Part shown: piece after piece, positions 46,137 through 58,112 of the stretch
Layout of the letters: each line of letters begins with the position of its first letter
How positions within the stretch are numbered: the stretch's first letter is position 1
Origin: Hormiphora californensis
Lineage: Eukaryota; Animalia; Ctenophora
NCBI GenBank assembly: GCA_020137815.1
Contig: CM035351.1
Location: forward strand, 5,208,001-5,272,000
Direction of reading: 5' to 3'
DNA length: 64,000 nucleotides
Position numbers and translations under genes: made by a program
Notes under the pieces: generated by a model
Seen by the model: the letters and a program-made list of their open reading frames with translations, nothing else
Databases searched by the model: none
Told to the model about the DNA's origin: nothing

Positions 46137-48600
46137 TCATGGGTCCTGTTTGTAAATCTCAGCGTAATGGGGCGCATACCCGAATTTATCCATCATATCT
46201 CCACACGACATCTCAACAGCCTCGATGAAGGACCTCTTAGCAGTTTTCCTCCATTGTCCGTACACGTGGGCAGTATCTTTAACTATGTCAAACCCTGGAA
46301 ATAATTGGTTTCATTCACATAAAAATCACACTTATCATTCGATTCTTAACTCTTTGCGCTCCATCGCTTTAAGAACGATTGGGTCATAGGTAACCCAGTA
46401 CTTTGAACTCAAAGGGTTAAATATTTCCAAGTTCCAGGCAAGCAGATCTTATTACCTCCGCCGGTAGAATCTCCACTAGTACTGATCTTCACCCTGCTCT
46501 CAACATTGGAGTGCCAACTTAATACCAAACTTATCAAACAACTTCTTCATCTCACCCTGAGGGTCTTTAGCCACCTGAAAATGTGTTGTTACTCAACAAC
46601 TGAAAATGGCAGTGATAGTTGGGAGGAATTTGAAGAAAAGAATCAAAATTAGTTTATCTTTTCACACTCACGTTTTCGTATTTGATAGTGGAAGAAGAAA
46701 CAAAATGTTTGACGTTGTCCAACTCTTTTTGTGTGTTGAGGATTTTCTGACAAATCTTGGTAGCCGCAACAGCAATCTCCTCCTGTGTGAATTCCCACTG
46801 TTCCGGTTCATCAGACATGAAGCGGTTAAATGTGTCCTGAGGAGATATTGCTTTATTGGGCCTGTAGCATACAATGAACACAATCACATGGTTCAGAGAC
46901 TGCTACAACATTTATCGGCCCATTCAGTAAGATATACTTTATTGCCTTGAGCTATTCAGCTATGTATTGATCTACGATTTAATTTTAATATCTTTGGATA
47001 TGATAAACGTGGGCACCTACCATGCGAGAGAGGATGCTAGCACGAGGGTCCCGGACCAAATGTACCACTTCAATATCGCACTCCCCGGATAGCGTCTTTA
47101 GAACCTCTACTGATTCAAGTTGCAGTACCTTTGCTACCGTGCTGCTGCTCCCCTTACACACTGGTCCTAGAATTTCTAAAAATAGTTGGTTTTGGGTTTG
47201 TTGTTAGGAAAGTAACTGTAGAGATGTGCCCCGACCCTCGTTTTGATAATGTGCTAATCGACACCGCCGACAAAATTAATGAACTTTGAAACTTGAGTAC
47301 GATGAACCATAATCGCCTAAATACAGCTGTATTATTATTTCGTTGTTAGTACGATGAACTAAATTGTTGTACGAGGGCGTAGCGAGGAGTTGACATGTTT
47401 GAATATAACAATCGAGTGGGGCGATCTGTTTCTGACAGCTCCCTTTTAACAGTTAAACTATCATTCTAAATCTTTAGAGAGGGGCTCGGCCAGTCATATG
47501 ACGTCGATATTGCATTATAAGGGGAACCAATTGATCTAAAAATAATCCCACTTCCAGGGCACTCCAATGCGTTACCGACCCCGATTTTCCAGGTAAAACC
47601 CTTTCCCCGGAGCATTCCCTGTCAGAGCATTGACCTGACCCATTCTCGTTTCGCGCGCGAGAACTGTGGTCAGAGCATTGGCCTGACAGAGCATTCCAGT
47701 AAATTTCATTTACCTGGCGGAGGGTTCTTCCCAAACTGCGACACTGCTTCAATCTTTCCCGATCTCTCAGTGAGTCCGTGAGCCAGGATATCCTCACTAA
47801 ACTGGCACATACACAAACTCCTTAGAATTTCTTCCTGTATGTGAGAGATGGGAATTGTGTAGCTCAGGCTTTGAATTGTTCATACTTTCCTTTATATTCA
47901 AAGCACGGACATGCAGTGTCAAGCGACTCAACTCACGCTGCATTTGATTTTATAAAATTCAAGCTCTGTGAGAATTTGGTAAAGCAAGATGGGACGTGTA
48001 GAGGAAGGGGAAGTAATACAGTAACTGTCAATGTCCCCCTATATTTAATTTTCAAAGGGGGCATTGTCGGGGGGAAAATGATATTGACAGGGCATTCTCA
48101 TGAACCCCCACGAAGAGCTTAATGAAACTTTCAGTTGTGGTATGGTATGTTCAACTGGAAATGAAATGAATCAATAATTCTGGGGAACCTCTGGGAATGT
48201 GGAGATTTTAAATTCTTGATTGAAACACGCACAAAACGAGTTTTATATAATATTTAAAACTCGTTTAGTGCGTGTTTCAATCAAGAATTTACTCTGACAA
48301 CCTTGATCGTGATGCCACGTACTCTGACAAGATGCCCCCCCCCCCCCCGTTTCTGTCTCATCTCGCTCTAATTTTTAATTTTACCTGGTACTTCCTGGTG
48401 GTAAGATGAACTTTTGATGCCATATAAACTTGCGGATGGAGGGGCTCATACACATAGAACACGTGCGGATGGGCATCGAAAAAGTGACCTATCCAGCTGC
48501 TACCTGACCGGGGCTCGGACAGGATAATTCGTAAAGTTCGGTGATGGGGCTTGTCTGAGGAGAAATGAGAAGTTAAGACATTGACATCTGAAATTAAACC

Positions 48601-48690
<90 letters not shown>

Positions 48691-48805
48691 CGAGATAGTA
48701 GAAATGATAGACTAATGGAGAGTTGGGGTGTGGTGGCTTTATATGCTCTCTAGGTTTTTCTCTATCTCTACGCCGCTCGCTTCTCCTCTCCTCGCTCTCT
48801 CTCTC

Positions 48806-48840
<35 letters not shown>

Positions 48841-51800
48841 TCTGCTCTCTCTTCGTTCTTCTGTTTCTCGAAGACCCTTATTCTCAGGCGCCCTAAATGA
48901 AACTGTCAGGCACCGCACCTCTTATCAATATCATATCTTATTCATGAATGCGAGAACATTATTTACTGAACTGATAAACTGTTCCCAAGAACTTGATTTG
49001 AGTTCATTTAGGTATCAGTTATTCAATACTTTTCAACTTGAAATCAAACAACCGTAGAGAGATTAATGTCAGTGAGCGGAGTGAGGAGAGTGGTCACTGG
49101 TCAGTAACAATACTTGCAACTTACTGATATTGTCAGTGACAATACTTGCAACTTACTGATATTGTCAGTGACAATACTTGCAACTTACTGATATTGTCAG
49201 TGACAATACTTGTAACTTACTGATATTGTCAGTGACAATACATACAAAAAATCTCGTGTGCATTCCTCAAACTATTTTTATGTTAGGTGGATAATGGTTG
49301 ACGCATATGGCACGACAAATCTGTAATATAATGCATTCCTTTTATTTTTCTACCGAAGCGAAGAATTAAGTTTCAAAGTTCAAAGCAGCACTCCGATAGA
49401 ATTGAGGAGCCCCCAAATGTATTGTGATGTTGCTTTATTGTGATACAGTCAATATAATACACATTGACTCAATAGGATTATATAGCCGCAAGCATGAGGG
49501 CTTTTTATTGCCTTGCTCGACCCTCTTTACCGCACCCCGCGACAAATATTTTAGAGGATTAGAAAATAACAATATATGTAGTCGAATTTTTTATTTAAGT
49601 CACAGGCCGCCGCTCACTAAATTCGTTAATTGGCCATATCTCCGGTTCCTGATAAGATCCTGGTCGCGTTAGAAAGAAAAACAATTATCTTTCCAACGCG
49701 ACCAATGACGAGTCTCTATCTTATCAGGAACCGGAAATAGATTTCATGCGCTGCATTTTGATGTGCACATGCAGCGGCCTGATTTGGACTTTGTTAAACC
49801 TCATTCTACTGTTTATGTTTTAGTACACACTATCATATCAATATGACCTGACTTCTACATGGTTACAAATGCGGCGGTTTTATCTGCTAGTGCTGACTAT
49901 AATTGGACATTGTGTGATTCATATTAACTGTCACATGATCTACAACTGCAGCATAAAAGAAACCGGTCCATTTCTTGCTAAGTCATGCTCGTTTGAAGCA
50001 GGGGTTGAAACATTCCAGTGCCCCAACTCAAACCTCACCTTCGGAGCGTTCTCACAATATGTATTTGCACTTCGTGGTCAAATTAACTTGGTGACACGGC
50101 TCTGCCCACACGACTCCACAGGCTATCAAGCTTGCATAGCTAGGTTTCTGTTTCAGAAACTGCTTCCGTACAAAGGTTTCAGGATCCGGCTGTTTGATTC
50201 TCCTCCTGTGTGTGGTCGCTTGTGTTGGAATGCTAAGGAACACGCCTATCAGTTTACAGATGAGCAATACTGCCTTGAGGAGCAGCAACTGGATTCTAAT
50301 TACAGTTACACCGTACCTCGCTTTCCAAATGTCAGCTTCCCTATTCGCCCCAATCTTGTGTGCGACGGGAAGTGTGATTATGGATTTGAAGACTTTCTCA
50401 ATGTTCACTGGAGGTGTATTGATGAGTTGGATTGTAATGGGTTGTCATATGGTGTCATCACAGAATCGGGTATCTTTCCCCTATCTGTCATTTTTTACAA
50501 CGACGATAAAATCAAGGAACTGATGCAGTTTGAAAAAACTTGTCCAGAGAAAGACGACTTCAAGTTTCCGCTAAACAACCGTACTCGTTGTTTTTATTTA
50601 CAACGTCATTATGAATTGGTAGGAGTTTCCTTTGACGCCGGCAACAGACAGTACCAACCGTACTGTACTAGTGGTCATGATCAGGCCAACTGTTCCTACT
50701 CGGGGTTTGTAGCGGGGAAATGCATGGTAGATGGATTCCCCACGACAATTTCAACCCACATCCTGTGTGTTAAAGATATGCCGATCCTGTGCGATGACAA
50801 ACTAGATGGAAAGTGTTTTACAACTGATCGTCATTGTCGCGTTCACAAACACCGACTTTGTGACGGTCATAGTGACTGCAACTCAGGTGCGGATGAGAAA
50901 CTTGGTGCATGTAGCAGGCTCACTACGACAAAGTGTGAACGGAGGATGACTCAGGTAACATCTTTACTACCCATTCCCTACGATTGGGTTCAGGACGGCA
51001 TGGTTGATTGTGTAGGAGGACACGATGAGGATTTCAGCTGGGAGAGGTGTGGAACAGGATCAACAAACAGGATCCAGAGAGATGGGAAATGTAGCGATGT
51101 CTTCTTGTGTCGACCGGAGGAGGCATTGGAATATCTGGAACTGGAAGAAGTTTGTGCAACTGCAGCAACGTGCGGAGGAAAAGCCTGCCAGAACTCCTAT
51201 TCAGGCGTGACTAGATCTGCTTTTACCGAAACTGTTAAAGGTAACGATCGAATAATACGGAGTGGATGGTGCCAAAAAGGATTGGAAGCACTCAGAGAAC
51301 TTATAGGCGATAGATGTACTGAACAGGATTTCATTCATCCATTTCATGAGTTTGAAGGTAAAACTCTCACAACTCGACTAACTGTCTCTCAACTTCAAAG
51401 TGATTGCCGCTACTTCTTTGGTAAACAGTATGTCTTAAAAAGTTGCAGTGGCCAGTGTCATAACACAAAGTGTCCTCTGAAAAAACCAATCCTGCACTCA
51501 TCTTGTGGAAATATCAAGAATACACAGTATTCCATTGCACAACCGGGCGTCACTGTGATAGCAAAAGACAGATACGGCTATCACAATAACTTCTTTGCAT
51601 GTAACAACTACATCTGCTTACCATTTTCCAAGGTTTGTGATTTGGTGGATGACTGTGGGGATGGGTCAGACGAAGGGAATTGCGAAAATAGCGTGAAATG
51701 CAGCGAAAGCAGTAGATACGTAGCGGTTAGTCAAATGTGCGATGGGACAGTTGACTGTCCTGATTTTTCGGACGAATGCAACAGTGTTTGCCATCGAAGG

Positions 51801-54800
51801 TCTATTGAAAATACCGGAATCATGGTTTGTGCAACTTTGATGGGTGTAATCGGGACAGTGTTGAGTTTAGTCCAGATCTCTAAAAGTCTCTTCTGGGATG
51901 AACCTTCAAAGACGGACAGTACGTTTGTGAACAGAGTTGTTTCCACACTCATTGCACTAGGAGACTTCCTTACATCATCATACCTACTGATTCTAGTAGC
52001 TTTTCACTGGGCTTATCAAAATAGTTTCTGTGAGAAGCAACTAGCTTGGGTCAGCAGCTGGCCCTGTAAATTTATCGGAATTGTCAGCACAACAGGCACC
52101 ACTATCACGTCTCTCTCTATGGCTGTAGTCAGCCTCTTCAAGCTCCAGGGAACTACACGTGGTCTGCGATACCGGAGGTCCAAGGATATCGACCAGAAGT
52201 TCAAGAAGAAAGTATTCCTTATGGTGATCGCAATCAGTTTCGTGGCAGTCAGTTTTGCTGTTACCCCGATCATACCCAGCTTTGAGGATGGCTTTGTTAA
52301 TGGGATTACATACGAAGATGCAGCTCAGCTCTTCCTGGGAGTGATGACAAAAGAGAAGCTCCTACCAATTATCCAGGGATACCATGGCACCAGGATGATT
52401 ACCAGATCCGAAACTGGCCTCTCCTGGTCGAGGATCAGGAGTATTGTGAGCAGTATGTTTACTACAGATAACGGTGGGATACAGCACAGGAAGTTATCCT
52501 TCTATGGAAATGATCCGGTTTGCTTGTTCAAGTTCTTTGTCCTTCCAGATGATCCCCAGCTAAAATTTGTATGGTCATACATTTCCCTGCAATTCGTTTG
52601 CTTCCTAACTGTGGCTCTGTGTCACACTGTCATTGCGGTTCTGGTAACACGGAACAACTCTGTGGAGGGAAGCAATCTTTCATCGAAGCTAAACCGGAAA
52701 ATTATGCTAGTTTGTGCCACGGATTTCTGCTGCTGGATGCCGTTTCTGATTTGTTGTGCCCTCCACACGGCCGAGGTGGTTGATATGTCACCATGGTACC
52801 AGGTTTTCTCTCTAACCATTATGCCCATAAATGCCGTCATCAATCCTCTGCTCTACAACAGTGAAACCGTTTCTGCCGCACTGAAATTCTGCAAACTAAA
52901 GTTTATGAGTTCTACTGCAGCTGAACAAGATATCCCTGCAGCTATAAACATTTAACTATAATGAACAAACAATAACCCTAATAAGGCTGTCGAATTAAAT
53001 ATGGAGTCCTGATAGATAGGCCGATGTCTAAAAGTTCAAGGCTGGTTCACCGAGTCATATTGGCCGTAGGTTTTGACTTTTAGTTTTGGATGCAGATTGG
53101 AGAACTACATATCTTCATTGGGCAGTGATTCCGATCGGTATCGGGTTGTTTTTAATTAAAAAAAGGAAAAATGAAAAAAAAGTAAAAAAGTCAATTGCTA
53201 AAGAACAGTTTCAAAAAGCTGGTTTAAAAAATAAATCGTTATTTTTGAAAAAATTGCCAATGTTTGAGTTTTAGTTTTACTTTTACAATCGGACCCTGAT
53301 TTAAAGGGATGCTCGGGGGAAAGGATATATCCCGATAAATCGGGGTTAATTGGGGGTTAACTTATATTTTTCTTCTCCGTTTTATTTTTCTTTGGGATGG
53401 AGGTGTCACATTTGTACAGACCTGTATCCTAGCACTACAATGAAGGAGCTCACATAATATATTTGAGGTGTTGTTTTGATCAAACCCGGGGAGTGTGAGG
53501 AGAGAGTGTTGCCCCCCCCCACCCCGGTGGAGCCAGGCTTGGGGGATGCATAAGCTGCCATTATTTATCCCAGTTAATACTATATTTGAGAAGGGTTTTC
53601 CCTCTCTTATCTCGCGAGAGTACAGCGCAGGAGAGAGAGAAGGGGGGACCTCGTGCCCAAACACTATATTATACAGCAGGAAACGACCGAACCGGGTTTT
53701 TTTCCACCGAACCGAACCGAACCGAATTTGAAAAAAATTTTTACCGAACCGAACCGAACCGAACCGAACCGAATTTCGGTAACCGAACCGAACCGAACCA
53801 TACAAAACTTTTTCTGTATAAATGTTTCTCTAAAAAGTCATGGAGAGCACCGATCAAGGTATTGAGAATCATTCTCTGAAATTTTGTTAAAAAATGTTTG
53901 AAAAAATTTCAAAGTCAATTTTGTGAAAAAATTTCAAAGTCAATTTTGTGAAAAAAATTTCAAAGTCAATTTTATCGTAAATTTTCTATGTCAGTTTTTG
54001 CGTACGAATCGTGTTTCGAATCGGCAATGCTATACGGGAATGGTATTGCTAATTAGCAGGATTAAACGAACCATGAATCGTGTCTCTCTAAATTTCCTAA
54101 TTAGATTTGATGGGGGATCACGTATCAGCACAATCCATCTCGGACCCACTAATTACCAACATCACTACCGTTTAGCATTGTCGATTAGAAACACGATTCG
54201 TATATCATAATTTACTTAAAATATTTTTCACAAAAAAATTTCACAAAATTTCAGGTAATGATTCTCAATACCTTGATCGATGCTCTCCATGAATTTTTAG
54301 ACAAACATTTAATTTTGTGAAAAAACTTTGTAAAATGTTTCAAAGTCAATTTCGGGAAAAAAATCTATGTCAATTTTGCCGTACGAATCGTGTTGCGAAT
54401 CGGTGATGCTATGCGGCAGTGCTCTCGCTAATTAGCAAGATTTATTGAAACATGAATCGTTTCCCCTAAACTTCCTAATTAGATTTGATGGGGGATCACG
54501 TATCAGCATAATCCATCTCGGACCCACTAATTAGCAACATCACTCCCGCTTAGCAATACCGATTCGAAACACGATTCGTACGCAAAAATTGACATAGAAA
54601 ATTTTCCATAAAATTGACTTTGAAATATTTTCCAAACTTTTTTACAAAATTTCAGAGAATGATTCTTAACACCTTGATCGGTGCTCTCCATGAATTTTTT
54701 GGAAAAAAAAATGTTTCTGAATTTGTTGACCAATGACCCTCTCATGAGGACACGATTCGACGGGAAGTCAGGTATCAAATTAATCCATATCGAACCCGCT

Positions 54801-57800
54801 AACTAGCGAAATCATTTCCACATAGCACCACCGATTCGAAATAGGGTTAATACGGCGAAATTGACATTGAAATCCATACAATTTTCGTGAAATAATTGAA
54901 AAATTTTGCATGAAAAAGCCCGATTTCTGGGCATTTTTGACCAAAAAATTCGGTGGTTCGGCCAAAATTTCCTACCGAACCGAACCGAACCGAACCGCCC
55001 AAAAAACACCGAATTTCCGAACCGAACCGAACCGAACCGAATATTCGGTCGCTTCCTGTTATACAGGGTGTCCCATATATTCTATGGGTCGGTTGGCGAG
55101 CTGTCACGCAAAAACGGTGATAGTTGTGTGAAAACAAACTACGGGAGTGTGCTGGATTAATTCCTTCCTAACTGATTGCTTTGTTTTAAATTAAAATTTC
55201 AAAAGTTCATTTTTCATGAATGAACATTGCTGCCGTTCATTCATGAATTCTGAAATATTGTTTACCTTGAGTAAGTAACTTTTCTTTGGCTCGCAATTAT
55301 CTTTCCAATGAGCACCATAAAAGTCAAATTGAAGCACCGGGTCGCATGACAGTTGAGAAAATGAACATGCATGATTTTGGCTCTTTCTGCGACTTTCAAT
55401 CAGCTGTATCACCGCTACCCTTTGTTCAATCTTTTTGAAACTTTGGGTGAACATTGGATAAGCAAAGATCTTCGCTCACAAGAAAAATCAAGTTCATAAC
55501 TCACAGTTCATTTTTCAATTTTGGTAGTTCATTCCACTCATTCATGAACCAACATCCTTAAAGTGATGAAAAGTGTTGGGTTTTGTTTGGTCCATGTCCT
55601 GCAATGACAGAGAGGTGTAGTAACGTGTTTCCGAGCTAGTTAGTGGGTGCCATGTGATCATGGCGATATCTGACACCTTCGTTGAGCAATAATTAAGAGA
55701 TTTTCTCAATTTCGAGCATGTGATTTGGGTTTTCTGCGATTGGTATCGTGCAGCAATCTTGAAAGATCTCATAGCACCTCAAAAATAATGATTAGTTCAA
55801 TGAAATGAGTTGACTCACGATTGAAAATGGTCGTTGAGTTCAATGTGGCATCGGTTTTAATCGTATTGATCATAAATCAACTCAATTCATTGAACTAATC
55901 ATCATTTTGAGGTGCTATGAGATCTTTCAAGATTGCTGCACGATACCAATCGCAGAAAACCCGAATCACATGCTCGAAATTGAGAAAATCTCTTAATTAT
56001 TGCTCAACGAAGGTGTCAGATGTCGCCATGATCACATGGCACCCACTAACTAGCTCGGAAACACGTTACTACACCTCTCTGTCATTGCAGGACATGGACC
56101 AAACAAAACCCAACACTTTTCATCACTTTAGGGATGTTGGTTCCTGAATGAGTGGAATGAACTACAAAAATTGAAAAATGAACTTTGAGTTATGACCTTG
56201 ATTTTTCTTGTGAGCGAAGATCTTTGCTTATCCAATGTTCACCCAAAGTTTCAAAAAGATTGAACAAAGGGTAGCGGTGATACAGCTGATTGAAAGTCGC
56301 AGAAAGAGCCAAAATCATGCATGTTCATTTTCTCAACTGTCATGCGACCCGGTGCTTCAATTTGACTTTTATGGTGCTCATTGGAAAGATAATTGCGAGC
56401 CAAAGAAAAGTTACTTACTCAAAGTAAACAATATTTCAGAATTCATGAATGAACGGCAGCAATGTTCATTCATGAACAAGAATTATTTGCATTATGTATC
56501 CATAATGCTACGTTTCCCTGCCCTCTTCGATTTGCCATTCAACTCGCCCAACGAGTAAGCTGTCCGCAAAATGGGGATTTGTGTTTTTCGAATTTTTGAA
56601 CAAAACGCAGAACAGATTTTTCAATTTCTCCATAATTTTCACGAATCAAAACGCGCGGCCGATATAAAACAAATTTTGCCGCGCGTTACAGTTTATAGCC
56701 GCACGCCCCCCATAAAATTTCAATTGTTTGTGCGCGCGCATGTTACTCCGCAAGTGTCAGATCGCGCGCGCCGCGAGGTTGCCCGTCGCAACGAAAGTGT
56801 GACCAAAATGGTCCCTCTACCGATTAGTTTTCGAATTCTAACCCTGCTATGCCTTTTTACAAAGTAAAAAGGCATCCGGGTGAATGCCTTCGGCATTCAC
56901 CCGGGCAGGGAAAAAATGAACTTTTGAAATTTTAATTTAAAACAAAGCAATCAGTTAGGAAGGAATTAATCCAGCACACTCCCGTAGTTTGTTTTCACAC
57001 ATCTATCACCGTTTTTGCGTGACAGCTCGCCAACCGACCCATAGAATATATGGGACACCCTGTACATACGGGGGGGGGGCATGTTAATTTTGTTAACTTT
57101 GTTAATATTAACATCGAGAAAACAGGTGATTTATTAACAAAATTAACAAAAAGTTAACAAACGTTAACAAATGCCATTTATGCCATCTAAATCCCCTTTA
57201 GCACGTATTTTTAGTATTTAACACTTGTTCTGCGAGCAAAGTTGTTCATTCTGTACGATTTACATACCCCTACTACCACTACTACGGCTTTTCTACAGCG
57301 TATTATTCCATTTTGTTAATGTTAATAAATACTAGCCAAACTAAACCGCAATTGAAGTCAAATGAGCCTAATCCACATTTTCGCACCCTAAAAACTAAAT
57401 AAGACTCATGAATTTACCTTAAAACGAAAAATATCCCAAAAATCTATTTTTCTAAAAAAACACAAGGATTTGTAGCGAAGCAAATTTTCAATTCTTGACC
57501 AAAAAATTGATTTTGGGAAAATTTTATTTCTTTTTTCAACAGAAACGTTGTACATCATCTTATTAAGTTCAAAGAATCGATTACTAATTTAAAAATTACG
57601 TTTAAGTGAGATTTTATACGCTAAATTGAAATATTTGTAACTTTTGGAATTTTATCGATTTTGAGGGGATTTTGAGCCAAAAAACCTGTATGTCGGACTT
57701 TGGTTATCGGAAAAGGCCTTGTTTGGGTATATATGTGTTAGATAATTCATTAAACTATAAAATTAAACCAGTTAAAGTCGTATTATCAACCAATAAGAAC

Positions 57801-58112
57801 AGTCTTTTAGCATTTGTTAATTTTGTTAATTTTGTTAATTAACGTTAATTAAAAAAATCGAAAAAAAGAGGTGATTTATTAACAATTAACATGTCCCCCC
57901 CCCAACTGTACTTGTAACTTACTGATATTGTCAGTGACAATACTTGCAACTTACTGATATTGTCAGTGACAATACTTGCAACTTACTGATATTGTCAGTG
58001 ACAATACTTGCAACTTACTGATGTTTGGGGGTGGTACTGCTGGTGAGTCAGATATCAGTCCTTTGACCATGATAATGGTGCCTACTACCACACACACGTA
58101 GAGACCCAACAT
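46137..58112 (-). CDS. Golgi carbohydrate sulfotransferase (CHST1/3/4-like). Coding exons 58112-58019, 48554-48385, 47834-47714, 47166-47021, 46836-46672, 46574-46456 (1-nt frameshift), 46294-46137
   Basis: Type II TM (MLGLYVCVVVGTIIMV), 5'-PSB RSGSSWIG..HPHVFYVYEPL, 3'-PB VVHLVRDPRASILSRM, IKYENVAKDP, and WRK..VEMSCGDMMDKFGY. Intron phases are consistent once the extra base is removed. Confidence 0.88.
47619..47689. mobile_element. Tiny CTGTCAG...CTGACAG element with 8-bp TSD AGCATTCC
   Basis: TSD at 47611-47618 and 47690-47697. Two direct copies of GTCAGAGCATTG(G/A)CCTGAC. Confidence 0.8.
48210..48291. repeat. ~80-bp near-perfect palindrome in a CHST intron
   Basis: AAATTCTTGATTGAAACACGCAC..AAACGAGTTTTA / TAAAACTCGTTT..GTGCGTGTTTCAATCAAGAATTT. 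Confidence 0.8.
49100..49240. repeat. 32-bp minisatellite (TGTCAGTGACAATACTTGCAACTTACTGATAT)n, left half
   Basis: The same unit resumes at 57909-58022 and recurs at 61874-61987. Confidence 0.9.
49869..52955 (+). CDS. Intronless LDLa-repeat class A GPCR (GRL101/RXFP-like, no obvious LRRs), nested antisense in the CHST intron
   Basis: 1028-aa ORF with a signal peptide, LDLa motifs (CDGHSDCNSGADE, CDLVDDCGDGSDE, CDGTVDCPDFSDE) and 7TM with LIALGDFL, TDFCCWMP and PINAVINPLLY. Confidence 0.92.
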   Translation: MRRFYLLVLTIIGHCVIHINCHMIYNCSIKETGPFLAKSCSFEAGVETFQCPNSNLTFGAFSQYVFALRGQINLVTRLCPHDSTGYQACIARFLFQKLLPYKGFRIRLFDSPPVCGRLCWNAKEHAYQFTDEQYCLEEQQLDSNYSYTVPRFPNVSFPIRPNLVCDGKCDYGFEDFLNVHWRCIDELDCNGLSYGVITESGIFPLSVIFYNDDKIKELMQFEKTCPEKDDFKFPLNNRTRCFYLQRHYELVGVSFDAGNRQYQPYCTSGHDQANCSYSGFVAGKCMVDGFPTTISTHILCVKDMPILCDDKLDGKCFTTDRHCRVHKHRLCDGHSDCNSGADEKLGACSRLTTTKCERRMTQVTSLLPIPYDWVQDGMVDCVGGHDEDFSWERCGTGSTNRIQRDGKCSDVFLCRPEEALEYLELEEVCATAATCGGKACQNSYSGVTRSAFTETVKGNDRIIRSGWCQKGLEALRELIGDRCTEQDFIHPFHEFEGKTLTTRLTVSQLQSDCRYFFGKQYVLKSCSGQCHNTKCPLKKPILHSSCGNIKNTQYSIAQPGVTVIAKDRYGYHNNFFACNNYICLPFSKVCDLVDDCGDGSDEGNCENSVKCSESSRYVAVSQMCDGTVDCPDFSDECNSVCHRRSIENTGIMVCATLMGVIGTVLSLVQISKSLFWDEPSKTDSTFVNRVVSTLIALGDFLTSSYLLILVAFHWAYQNSFCEKQLAWVSSWPCKFIGIVSTTGTTITSLSMAVVSLFKLQGTTRGLRYRRSKDIDQKFKKKVFLMVIAISFVAVSFAVTPIIPSFEDGFVNGITYEDAAQLFLGVMTKEKLLPIIQGYHGTRMITRSETGLSWSRIRSIVSSMFTTDNGGIQHRKLSFYGNDPVCLFKFFVLPDDPQLKFVWSYISLQFVCFLTVALCHTVIAVLVTRNNSVEGSNLSSKLNRKIMLVCATDFCCWMPFLICCALHTAEVVDMSPWYQVFSLTIMPINAVINPLLYNSETVSAALKFCKLKFMSSTAAEQDIPAAINI
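53677..55058. mobile_element. hAT-like MITE with (ACCGA)n subterminal repeats
   Basis: TTATACAG|CAGGAAACGACCGAA...TTCGGTCGCTTCCTG|TTATACAG: 8-bp TSD and CAG termini. Confidence 0.87.
55064..57062. mobile_element. Tc1/mariner-like non-autonomous element with ~150-bp TIRs and an internal ~600-bp inverted repeat
   Basis: TA|CAGGGTGTCCCATAT...ATATGGGACACCCTG|TA. Inner arms at about 55213-55815 and 55878-56477 give the mirror ORFs. Confidence 0.88.
57065..57908. mobile_element. TA-flanked TIR element with G/C-run termini and TTGTTAA subterminal repeats
   Basis: TA|CATACGGGG..GCATGTTAATT...AATTAACATGTCCCC..ACTG|TA. Termini are imperfect. Copy at about 61019-61873. Confidence 0.7.
57909..58022. 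repeat. 32-bp minisatellite, right half; contains the predicted CHST exon-1 donor
   Basis: Minus strand reads AACATCA|GTAAGTTGCAAG, and the donor motif recurs in each unit. Confidence 0.88.

Noticed and set aside
46654-46887. WEFTQEEI resembles the TRP C-terminal WAFTQEEI, suggesting a second TRP fragment
   Set aside because: It splices in phase between the LVRDPR and VAKDP exons of the sulfotransferase, so the match is coincidental.
49100-49240. 32-bp partly palindromic repeats as a CRISPR array
   Set aside because: Head-to-tail units without spacers.
55191-56867. Recurrent short ORFs as transposase fragments
   Set aside because: Their recurrence reflects inverted arms and the tandem duplication. 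No DDE or HTH motif was recognised.
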